DNA from: an uncultured Spirochaetota bacterium
GTDB lineage: Bacteria > Spirochaetota > Spirochaetia > SZUA-6 > Fen-1364
NCBI GenBank assembly: GCA_963845535.1
Contig: CAWJSK010000012.1
Location: forward strand, 416,001 to 480,000
DNA: 64,000 nt
Direction: 5' to 3'
Shown here: piece by piece, positions 49,992-59,100 of the stretch
Numbering within the stretch: position 1 is the first letter of the stretch
Layout: every line of letters begins with the position of its first letter
The notes under the pieces: generated by a model
The model's input: the letters and a program-made list of their open reading frames with translations, nothing else
What the model was told of the DNA's origin: nothing
Database searches by the model: none
Program-made: the position numbers and the translations under genes

Positions 49992-50886
49992 ATGGCTTCC
50001 GAAGACAACGCACGCAGCTTTTTTCGGTATTTGACATACAGTGAGGAAGACGAGAAGTGGCAGCTCGTGTGCACGAACGCTGGCTACACCGAGGTGGCGC
50101 CCCGCACGAGGTATCCCCCGAACAAGGAAAGCCATCCGCAGGCGTTCAAGAGCGTCGCCGTGGGACGCACGCTTCCCGAGTACCAGCTCGTCTACGTCAC
50201 GAAAGGACGCGGCGTCTTCGAGGTCAGCCAGAAGACGCACGTCGTCGTCCCCGGCTCGGCAATGGTGATTTTCCCGGGAGTTCGCCATTATTACAAGCCT
50301 GATTTCGACGTCGGATGGACCGAGTATTGGGTCGGATTCAAGGGTCCCTACGCTGACGCGCTTCGCGAGCAAGGCTTCCTCTCGCTCCGCAAGCCGTTAT
50401 ACGAGGTCGGGCTGCAGAACAGCCTCCTGACGATCTATGCGAGAATTTTCGAGCTCGTGCGCAACCAGCAGCCTCTCTTCCAGATCAGGGCAAGCTCTCT
50501 CGTGCTCGCCTTGATTGCCGAAGTCCTGGCCCACGAGAGGAAGACCGTCCAGCACTCGAGCTCGGAAGGGCTCGTGGAGAAAGCAAAGTTCTTCATGGAG
50601 GAGAACATCTACCGCGAGGTCAACCTCAACGGGATTGGGGAGGCGCTCGGAGTGAGCGCGCCCCACCTGAACTCCGTGTTCAAGTCCTACACTGCCATGA
50701 CCCCCTACCAATACTTCATCAGCATCAAGATCAGGAAGGCCAAGGAGCTCCTGGAGGGCGGGAGCCTGTCCGATCAAGGAGGTGGCTTTTCGCCTGGGGT
50801 TCGACGACCAGTATTATTTTTCCCGCCTTTTTCGCAAGAAGACCGGCATTGCGCCGTCACGCTGGAGCTCTTTCGTTCGCCAGTAG
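49992..50886 (+). CDS. AraC-family regulator, frameshift at ~50770
   Basis: GRTLPEYQLVYVTKGRG cupin and WTEYWVGF. The second HTH (IKEVAFRLGFDDQYYFSRLFRKKTG) continues in another frame to TAG 50886. Confidence 0.88.
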
Positions 50887-50904
50887 CGGCAGCAGCGGTC
50901 CCGC

Positions 50905-52074
50905 CTAGCGATAAAAGCCATACTCGTAGGCGGCCTCGAACAGCGCAATGATGTTCTGCGGCGGCACGCCGCTTTGAATGTTGTGCACGTTGTTGAAGAC
51001 GTACCCGCCCCCCGCCTTGAAGGTCTCCACGTTGCGCCGCACCTCATCCCGTACTTCCCGCGGTGAGGCAAAAGGCAGGATCCGCTGTGTATCAATGCCG
51101 CCGCCCCAGAAGCTTATCTGCGCGCCGAACTTCTGCTTCAGACTCTGGGGGTCCATGTCCTTGGCGCTGATCTGGACGGGATTGAGGACGTCTGCGCCGT
51201 TGTCGATCAGGTCGGGGATGTACTCCACGCATGAGCCGCAGGTGTGATACCAGACCTTGGCCTTGGTTTTTGACTTGATGTGCTGAACGAGCGCCTTCTG
51301 TCGGGGTTTTACAATACGCCGATAGAAATCCGGCGAGAAAAGCGGGCCGCTCTGGCCGGCGAGGTCGTCTCCAACCATCACCACGTCCACAAGATCTCCG
51401 ATCTCACCAAGGAAGCCGTCATAGAAGCCGAGCCAGAACGCCAGGATGCGGTCCAGGAGCGCTTCACAGAAGCCGGGGTTTTCGATCATATCCATGAACC
51501 ACCGCTCCAGTCCCCGCATGTACCAGCACGTCTCATAGACGACTCCGCCGATTGCCGTGCAGAGGGCCGCGTTCGACGCAGAGCGCATCCGCAGCGCCTC
51601 CTTGCGAAGGCCGGTGAACCGAGTGGGATCATTCCCCCGGGGGAACGGGTAGCTCGTCAGGTCTTTCACGGTTGCATCCGCCAAAGGGTGATGCGATATG
51701 TCCATGAAGAGCATCTGATCTTCCGGCATGGACCAGACCACCCCGAACTCGTCTCTGAGGTCGTGCCAGCCTCTGCCGCCTCTGACGGTCTTGACGATGC
51801 CGCCGGCAAAGCCGTCAGGCCCATGAGCGCCGATGTACCGCGTATCAACGTGGAAACGCTGCAGGATCTCTTCTGAAGGCCTGGCAAGCTGCTGGACGGG
51901 ATCAAGGATGCATATCTCTTCCGTCGTACCGAGGTACTGGAGGAGCGCCTCATAGGCTTTCCTGTGTATACCGGTCTGGAAGCCGCCCAGGTCAATGGGC
52001 ACGCGGTCCGGCGCCTCATGGTTCAGTGCCTTCTGGATGCGCTCGCGGGAGGTCAAAGTCTCGGTTGCAGACAT
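50905..52074 (-). CDS. Uroporphyrinogen decarboxylase / MtaA-CmuA superfamily protein
   Basis: SRERI..ALNHEAPDRVPIDLGG, GDDLAGQ, HTCGS, LNPVQ, FWGGGIDTQ, GGYVFNNVHNIQ. Confidence 0.88.
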   Translation of the reverse strand: MSATETLTSRERIQKALNHEAPDRVPIDLGGFQTGIHRKAYEALLQYLGTTEEICILDPVQQLARPSEEILQRFHVDTRYIGAHGPDGFAGGIVKTVRGGRGWHDLRDEFGVVWSMPEDQMLFMDISHHPLADATVKDLTSYPFPRGNDPTRFTGLRKEALRMRSASNAALCTAIGGVVYETCWYMRGLERWFMDMIENPGFCEALLDRILAFWLGFYDGFLGEIGDLVDVVMVGDDLAGQSGPLFSPDFYRRIVKPRQKALVQHIKSKTKAKVWYHTCGSCVEYIPDLIDNGADVLNPVQISAKDMDPQSLKQKFGAQISFWGGGIDTQRILPFASPREVRDEVRRNVETFKAGGGYVFNNVHNIQSGVPPQNIIALFEAAYEYGFYR

Positions 52075-52124
52075 TCCCCATTATAGCACGGGAGCTTCAT
52101 GGTGTTTGAAGGTATACTTTCCCC
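52075..52124. promoter_or_regulatory. Back-to-back -10 boxes 5-6 nt before both divergent start codons (leaderless promoters)
   Basis: Minus strand TGC-TATAAT-N5-ATG (52074); plus strand TATACT-N6-ATG (52125). Confidence 0.65.
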
Positions 52125-52988
52125 ATGATTGAATTGGAAGAGCTGCCTCTGCAAACCCCGCTTGCCAACGCGCTTCAGCGCCCGCCGCGCTCAGGGTACG
52201 TTGCCCTGGATTGGCTTGGGCAGGCCGGCTTCGCCATCCGAGGAAGCGGACGCCTTCTCATCATCGACCCGTACCTCTCTGATTCCCTTGCGGAAAAATA
52301 CCGTGGCAAGGAGTTGCCGCACGTTCGCATGATGCCGTCCCCGCTTGCCCCCGAGGCGGCGCAGGGAGTGGACGTGGTCTTCTGCACGCACAGGCACACG
52401 GACCACATGGATCCCGGCACGCTGCCGGCAATCGCGAAATCCAATCCCCGCTGCCTTTTCGTTGCCCCCCGCGCTGAGATGCGTCATGCAATTTCCGTCG
52501 GAGTGCCGGAGCTCCGGCTTCGGACCATGGACGCCGGCGAGACGCTGCGTCCGGTGGACGGCATCCAGGTGGACGCCATCCCGGCCGCGCATGAGGAGCT
52601 TGCGAAAAATGACAAGGGCGAGCTGCTTCACCTCGGGTACATAGTGACGGTGGGCGGCATCCGGCTCTACCACTCCGGCGACTGCGTCCCCTACGAAGGG
52701 CTGGAGGAGGCGCTGCGCGCAAGCGCAATCGACGTGGCGCTCCTGCCCGTCAACGGGCGAAGCAAGAGCCTGACCTCACGCGGCATCTTCGGCAACTTCC
52801 ACCTGGAGGAAGCCATCCAGCTCTGCGAGCATGCGGGGATCCAGGTCCTCTTCTGCCATCACTGGGGGCTGTTCGATTTCAACACCATCGACCCGCAGCA
52901 GGCTCTCGAAAAGATCCGCCGGCTCGCGGGTCCCGTGCGCTGCATTATGCCGCGCGTGGGTATGAGCTATCTCGTGAGGAAGACATGA
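52125..52988 (+). CDS. MBL-fold metallo-hydrolase (UlaG-like)
   Basis: WLGQAGF, IDPYLSDSL, THRHTDHMD, AAHE, YHSGDC, LPVNG, HHWGLF. Confidence 0.9.
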   Translation: MIELEELPLQTPLANALQRPPRSGYVALDWLGQAGFAIRGSGRLLIIDPYLSDSLAEKYRGKELPHVRMMPSPLAPEAAQGVDVVFCTHRHTDHMDPGTLPAIAKSNPRCLFVAPRAEMRHAISVGVPELRLRTMDAGETLRPVDGIQVDAIPAAHEELAKNDKGELLHLGYIVTVGGIRLYHSGDCVPYEGLEEALRASAIDVALLPVNGRSKSLTSRGIFGNFHLEEAIQLCEHAGIQVLFCHHWGLFDFNTIDPQQALEKIRRLAGPVRCIMPRVGMSYLVRKT

Positions 52989-53968
52989 GCGGAGAGCCAC
53001 TCCACGGACCGGCGGAAAGCCTCCTCCCGCGACACGATGGGTGAATAGCCCAGGTCGCGCCGCGCCTTCTCATCCACGAACGTGTGGTCCACGCACGTCT
53101 GGATCACGGCGAACCGGTTGAAGTTCGAATGGGGGGCAAAAACCTCCGCCGCCGCGGAAAGCGCGTACGCCAACGGATACGGAATGGACCGACGGGGGAC
53201 GGGCAGGCCCAGGGCCCGCAGGAAAGGCTCCATGAAGTCGAACAGGTTCTCCGCCGGGTAATGATCGCAAATGAAATAGCACTGCCCGCATGCCGCGGAG
53301 CCGTCGCGCAGGCGCTCGGCGGCAAGGACGTGGGCGTGTGCGACGTTCTCCGAGTAGGCGTGGCTGAACCGCGCAGTCCCGTTTCCCAATCGAAGGGATA
53401 CGCCGCTCTGCGCCATGCCGATGATGTTCCCGAGGTGGTACTTGTCATGCGGACCGTACATCCCCACGGGCCTGAGCACGCACGTACGGAGCCGAGGGCC
53501 ATTTGCCCCGAGCACCATCTTCTCAGAAACGATCTTCGACCTGCTGTATGCGTCCTTGGGGAGCTTCGACGGGTAGGGCAGCGACTCATCGCCATCGACA
53601 ATAGGCTTCCTGCCGTCCACGACGACATCCATCGAGCTGGTGTAGACGAGGCGCGGCACCCCCAGCTTCAGGCAGGCATCGATCACGACCCTGTTGCCCC
53701 CGACGTTGACCTGCTCATACAGGGCCCTTGGCGTGCGTACGTTCCACACGGCCGCCGCCGTCTGGATCACCACATCCATGCCTCGGCACGCCTGCTCGAC
53801 CGCGTGGGGGTCACGGATGTCACCGACAATCGTCTCACACGGGCCGGCGTCGGGCGCCTCCAGGTCGAGCACACGGACCGAGTGGCCCCGGCCCAGCAAC
53901 TGGCGAGCGATCTCACGCCCCAACATCCCCGCGCCGCCCATGACAACGTAGTTTTCCCGGCGGATCAT
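52967..53968 (-). CDS. 3-beta-hydroxysteroid dehydrogenase-like NAD-dependent epimerase/dehydratase
   Basis: GGAGMLG, VNVGGN, LVYTSSMDVV, YSRSK, LRPVGMYGP, NVAHAHVLAA, KARRDLGY. Confidence 0.88.
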   Translation of the reverse strand: MIRRENYVVMGGAGMLGREIARQLLGRGHSVRVLDLEAPDAGPCETIVGDIRDPHAVEQACRGMDVVIQTAAAVWNVRTPRALYEQVNVGGNRVVIDACLKLGVPRLVYTSSMDVVVDGRKPIVDGDESLPYPSKLPKDAYSRSKIVSEKMVLGANGPRLRTCVLRPVGMYGPHDKYHLGNIIGMAQSGVSLRLGNGTARFSHAYSENVAHAHVLAAERLRDGSAACGQCYFICDHYPAENLFDFMEPFLRALGLPVPRRSIPYPLAYALSAAAEVFAPHSNFNRFAVIQTCVDHTFVDEKARRDLGYSPIVSREEAFRRSVEWLSAHVFLTR

Positions 53969-54228
53969 GCTGAATGCCTCACCGTGATGGCGGTCTTGGG
54001 ACAGAGCTGGACGCATTTCAAGCAGCCCGTGCACAAGGACTGCCACAGCGGCGTCACGCGCCACAGTTGCGGGTCGAACGGATCCGGTTGCCGCGCCCCT
54101 ACCGTCTCGTGAAGCAGGAATACGGCGGGCTCACAGACACGGAGGCACACGCAGCAGGAGCGCGGATCAACGCCGCGGCCATCCCCGCAGCGGGAATAGT
54201 CGATGCGGACTCGGGTCCTTCGGCGCAT
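53965..54228 (-). CDS. Small 4Fe-4S ferredoxin-like protein
   Basis: C..CCVCLRVC and CTGCLKCVQLCP..AI; ATGA overlap with downstream gene. Confidence 0.75.
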   Translation of the reverse strand: MRRRTRVRIDYSRCGDGRGVDPRSCCVCLRVCEPAVFLLHETVGARQPDPFDPQLWRVTPLWQSLCTGCLKCVQLCPKTAITVRHSA

Positions 54229-54235
54229 GCTCGTG

Positions 54236-55105
54236 TCAGTACCTTCCGGCGAGGGCCGGGCGCTCGGCGCGGGGGACGAGGAACAACGCGTTCGTGTCGC
54301 ACGCGTGGCGGCAGACCCCGCAGCCGAAGCATTTCTCCGGGTTGATGCGGGGCCTGCCGGTGGCGCGGTCCGTCTCGATGGCCTTGAACGGGCAACGCCG
54401 GACGCACAGGAGGCACCCGCGGCAGAGGCTGTCATGGATCTCCGCGGCGTACTCCGCCTTGTGGATGGACATGATGCCGAAGTCCATCCGCGGGCGGATC
54501 CCCGCGCACTCGGGGCTTTTGCAGGAGCAGAGGTTGTTGATGTACGGGTAGGGGCCGTACCAGATGGTGCCGATGTAACCCTTCTGGTTATGCTCCGTGA
54601 ACCGACGCACGGCCTCGGCCCGGCTCAGGTGGTACTTCTCCTTGTCCGGAATGAATCGGGGCAGCTTGTCGATGATCTCCGACATGACGCCAAAGTTGAT
54701 GCAGCAGGATTCCTTTTCACCGCGCGTCATGTAGCGGCACATGCAGTTTTTTTCGATGATGGGCTCCGCCGCGCAGGTCTCCAGAATGGCCACCGCGTCT
54801 TCCAGGGGGACCACCTGCCCGATGTGGCCTTCCGGGCGAAACGGGTTTCGAGGCGGCCGCTTGCTGTGGAGCAGCCGTTCAGCGGAACGCCGGATGACCC
54901 TGCCGATGATGGGCATATTGAAGAGGTGGTCGTGGCCCACAGGGCTGAAACCTGCCACCTTTCGGACCGAGATCTGCTCGAAGTTCGTGTACTGCTCCAG
55001 CAGGAACTCGCGCAGGTTGTACTTGGAGGCGACCTGTTCAGAGTAGGCCTGCGCGTTGAGATACCATTTCCCGCCCGCGCCGTGTTTCATGCAGTGATCG
55101 CACAT
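54236..55105 (-). CDS. 4Fe-4S dicluster protein of unknown function
   Basis: N-terminal MCDHCMKHG..KWYL, CMCR, CSC..EC, CRGCLLCVRRCPF, CFGCGVCRHAC; AGGAG RBS. Confidence 0.88.
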   Translation of the reverse strand: MCDHCMKHGAGGKWYLNAQAYSEQVASKYNLREFLLEQYTNFEQISVRKVAGFSPVGHDHLFNMPIIGRVIRRSAERLLHSKRPPRNPFRPEGHIGQVVPLEDAVAILETCAAEPIIEKNCMCRYMTRGEKESCCINFGVMSEIIDKLPRFIPDKEKYHLSRAEAVRRFTEHNQKGYIGTIWYGPYPYINNLCSCKSPECAGIRPRMDFGIMSIHKAEYAAEIHDSLCRGCLLCVRRCPFKAIETDRATGRPRINPEKCFGCGVCRHACDTNALFLVPRAERPALAGRY

Positions 55106-55133
55106 TTGCTCAAGCTCCTGGAAGGACGATTAC

Positions 55134-55198
55134 GGCATAGGGCGTCTTTAGCATAGGGTCCCTATGCCTACTATGGAAGAACTCAATGCCCCTGTCAA
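55134..55198 (-). promoter_or_regulatory. sigma70 promoter TTGACA-N17-CATAGT with palindromic operator GCATAGGG-T-CCCTATGC over the start site
   Basis: Perfect palindrome at 55151-55167, extra half-site ggcataggg at 55134-55142, -35 at 55193-55198. Confidence 0.65.
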
Positions 55199-55340
55199 CG
55201 GACACGCTACGCGGATTGCGGCGCCTCACCGCGGCGGTTGACAGGCGCATCACCGCGGCGGCGGCGGGTGCAGGCGCACCTGTCGAAAACGTAAATTTCC
55301 CAAGTTGAGACTTTTGATAATTGCGAATTTGATAGGTGCA

Positions 55341-55455
55341 GGCGATGGCGGCTGGGGCGATGGCGGCTGGGGCGATGGCAGCCGGGGCGATGGCGGCTGG
55401 GGCGATGGCAGCCGGGGCGATGGCGGCTGGGGCGATGGCAGCCGGGGCGATGGCA
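55341..55455. repeat. Tandem repeat, 7.7 x 15 bp, two alternating unit types
   Basis: A=ggcgatggcggctgg, B=ggcgatggcagccgg; order A A B A B A B plus a partial unit. Confidence 0.95.
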
Positions 55456-55584
55456 GTATAGACAGCGCGCCAGGTGACGGCGCGCCGTGTGGCGGCACCC
55501 TGAGACCAGTCTTGACGATTTGTTTCGATATCGGTAGAAATGATTTCAAAAGCATCGAACCTTTTCTGATCCAAGAGGAACGCC

Positions 55585-56169
55585 ATGACAACCGAAACGC
55601 CCACAACAGAGCTCCTGGGCTTTTTCCGCGCTCTTGCCGACACGAATCGGCTGAAAATAGTGGGTTTGCTGTCCCAGCAGTCCTACACGGTGGAGCAGCT
55701 CTCCGCTCTCCTGGAGTTGGGGGAATCCACCGTATCTCACCATCTTTCCCGGCTGGCAGATGCAAAGCTCGTGAGCGCGAGGGCGGAAGGTCACTACAGC
55801 GTTTATTCCCTGGAGCCGGACACGCTCCGGGAGATGGCCCGGCGCCTGCTGCGCACGGACCAGCTCCCGGAGCTGGCGGTTGACGTGGACAAGGGGTCAT
55901 TTGACCGCAAAGTCCTGGCCAGCTTTACGGGTCCGGACGGGCGGTTCACCGCATTCCCTTCGCAGCAGAAGAAGTTCCTTGTGCTCCTGCGCCACGCCGG
56001 CGCGGCGTTCAGCGCGGGAGTCCGCTACCCGGAGGCGGACGTGAATGAGATCCTTCTCAGATTCAGTGATGACACGGCCACCCTCAGACGCAGCCTGGTG
56101 GAGTTCGGGCTCATGGAGCGTGAAGGCGGCGGCGGCGCGTACTGGCTGTCGGAGGATGAGGGCCGGTGA
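55585..56169 (+). CDS. ArsR/SmtB-family regulator with C-terminal DUF2087
   Basis: FRALADTNRLKIVGLL, STVSHHLSRL; PSQQKK, YPEADVNEIL, DTATLRRSLVEFGLMER. Confidence 0.9.
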   Translation: MTTETPTTELLGFFRALADTNRLKIVGLLSQQSYTVEQLSALLELGESTVSHHLSRLADAKLVSARAEGHYSVYSLEPDTLREMARRLLRTDQLPELAVDVDKGSFDRKVLASFTGPDGRFTAFPSQQKKFLVLLRHAGAAFSAGVRYPEADVNEILLRFSDDTATLRRSLVEFGLMEREGGGGAYWLSEDEGR

Positions 56170-59100
56170 GCACGACGCCTGAGTCTCTTCACGCCGGCAT
56201 CGACATCGGTTCGACGACCGTAAAACTGGCGGTGCTGGACCGCGCGGACACCCTCATCTTCAGCACCTACGAGCGTCATCACTCCGACGTCCAGGGATCA
56301 CTCATTGCCATCATCGAGGCGGCGCATGAGGCCCTGTGCGACGCCGGCGCCGCTCCCGACCTGACGGTGAGCATAACCGGCTCCGGAGGGCTTTCCCTCT
56401 CCCGGTGGCTGGAGATTCCCTTTGTCCAGGAGGTAATTGCGGGCTCGCGCGCCGTGTCGAGGTTCTTGCCTGACGCGGATGTCGCCATTGAGCTGGGCGG
56501 AGAGGACGCGAAGATCACGTATTTCACCGGCGGCCTCGAACAGCGCATGAACGGGACGTGCGCCGGCGGCACGGGGGCGTTCATCGACCAGATGGCGACC
56601 CTTCTCCAGACTGACGCTGCGGGGCTCAACGCGCTGGCGAGCAACCACACCACCATCTATCCCATTGCGGCCCGGTGCGGAGTGTTCGCAAAATCCGACG
56701 TTCAGCCCCTGATCAACGAGGGAGCGCGGCGTGAGGACATTGCGGCAAGCGTGCTCCAGGCGGTCGTCAACCAGACCATTTCAGGGCTTGCCTGCGGAAA
56801 GCCCATCCGCGGGACCGTGGCATTCCTCGGAGGTCCGCTGCATTTCCTCCCTGAGACGCGCAAGCTCTTCGTGAAGACGCTCGGCCTGGCGCCAGAGGAA
56901 GTCCGGACACCGGCGCGCGCCGAGCTGTTCGTGGCAATGGGTGCCGCTCTTGCCTCTCGGGGGGAGCGGGCCCTTTCCCTCACGGAGCTGCGTGAAAGAG
57001 TGCGCGGCCTTTGCCGGGCGCGGGACGCCGAAGTGGAGCGCATGCGGCCGCTGTTCCGTGATGCCTCGGAGCTTGCCGCGTTCCATGATCGCCATGACAA
57101 GGCCAGGGCCCGGCGGGCCGATATCGCGCACACCCGCGGCCCGCTTTTTCTCGGCCTGGACGCGGGATCCACAACGACAAAGGCGGTCCTCATCGACGAA
57201 AGCGCCGCCATCGCCTGGTCCGCGTACAGAGGCAACGGCGGTGATCCGCTGGGCGTGGCGACCAGTATGATCAAAGAGGCGCTTTCCCTCATTCCCGCGA
57301 AAGCCTGGGTCTCGCGGGCCTGCTCGACCGGGTACGGAGAGGCGCTCGTCAAGGAGGCTTTCCGCTTGGATGAAGGGGAGGTGGAGACCGTTGCCCACCA
57401 CGCGGCCGCTTCGGAGTTCCTTCCGGGAGTGCAGTCCATCCTGGACATCGGCGGACAGGACATGAAGTTCCTCCGCATCAGTGAAGGGGCCATTTCCACC
57501 ATCCTCTTGAACGAAGCGTGCTCGTCGGGATGCGGCTCCTTCCTGGAGACTTTTGCCCAGTCCTTGGAAATGCCCGTGGAGCGCTTCGGCGCGGAAGCGC
57601 TTCAGTCAAGCGCGCCGGTGGACCTTGGATCACGCTGCACGGTTTTCATGAACTCCCGCGTGAAGCAGGCACAGAAGGAAGGAGCGGGGGTCGGGGACAT
57701 TTCCGCCGGGCTTTCCTACTCCGTGATCCGCAATGCGCTTCAGAAGGTGATCCGCTTGAAGAGCCCTGAGGAGCTCGGAGAGCGGGTCATTGTGCAGGGG
57801 GGCACTTTCCTGAACGACGCCGTTCTGCGCGCCTTCGAGCTGGTGGCAGGCCGCGAGGCAGTGCGCCCCGACGTGGCGGGGCTTATGGGCGCCTACGGAG
57901 CGGCGCTCCTGGCCAGGGGGAATGCGGCGCCGGGGGCGCGAAGCAGGATGCTCGGGCTGGAGGAGCTGCGTAAGCTCGCCACGACCGTCTCCCTGGAGCG
58001 GTGCCGGGGATGCCAGAACCGCTGCATGCTGACAATCACGCGATTCTCCGACTCCCGCTGCTTCGTCTCCGGGAATCGATGCGAGCGGGGCGCCCGCGCA
58101 GTCGGCGGGGCACGCGCGCCCGGCGCCGCCCGCACGCGGGACGGAGCGAACCTACCCGAAGGGGAGAGACCGGCGCCGGTGCCCAACCTGTACGCGTGGA
58201 AATACGCCCGGGTCTTCCGTTATCAACCCCTGGACCCGAACCACGCGCCCCGAGGAGTCGTCGGAATCCCCCGTGTGTTGAACATGTTTGAGGATTACCC
58301 ATTCTGGTTCACCTTCTTCACGCGCCTGGGATTCTCCGTCCGCCTTTCTCCGCGCACCAGCAGGTCCGTCTATGAAGCCGGCATGGAGACCATTCCGTCG
58401 GAGACCGTCTGCTACCCGGGGAAGCTCGTGCACGGACATATTGTCCGTCTTGTGCGGGATGGAGTTCCTTTCATCTTCTATCCATGCCTGCCCTACAGCC
58501 CCAAGGAAGACAAGGAAGCTTCCAACCACTTCAATTGCCCCATCGTGACCTCCTACCCTGAGGTCATTCTCAACAACGTCGAAGGCTTGAGGGACGGGAC
58601 GCCGGGCCACGTTGCCGCGGTCCGCTACTCCAATCCGTTCCTTCCGCTCCACCACCCCGCGGGCCTCAAGAAGAGACTGGCCGAGGAGCTGGCCTGGGCG
58701 GGTGTGGGACAGGCTGAAACGGACCAAGCCGTGGAGGCTGGGCTCGCGGAGCAGGCGGCGTTCAAGGCCGAGGTCAGGGCGCAGGGGGAACGGGCGCTGG
58801 AGGAGATCGAAGCGCGCGGCATCCGCGGCGTGGTCCTGGCCGGCCGCCCGTACCACATGGACCCTGAGATCAACCACGGGGTCCCCGAGCTGATCGTCTC
58901 CCTCGGGATGGCCGTCCTGACGGAGGACTCGATCTCCCACCGGGGAAAAATCCAGAGGCCGCTGCGCGTGATCGACCAGTGGGTCTACCACACGCGCCTC
59001 TACGCAGCCGCTTCGTTTGCCGCCACCCGCAAGGACCTGGCCCTCGTCCAGCTCACCTCCTTCGGATGCGGCCTTGACGCCGTGGCCACCGACCAGGTGC

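Noticed and set aside
50905..52074. True HemE of heme synthesis
   Set aside because: It lacks the HemE W-x-M-R-Q-A-G-R motif and has no hem genes nearby.
55341..55455. Possible CRISPR array (also considered for 10330-10399)
   Set aside because: Units are 14-15 bp and contiguous, with no spacers and no cas genes.
55110..55900. ORFs crossing the 15-bp repeat (AIAPA, PSPQP, GDGGW repeats)
   Set aside because: Several frames are open only because the repeat has no stop codons. They overlap promoters and the ArsR gene and have no RBS.
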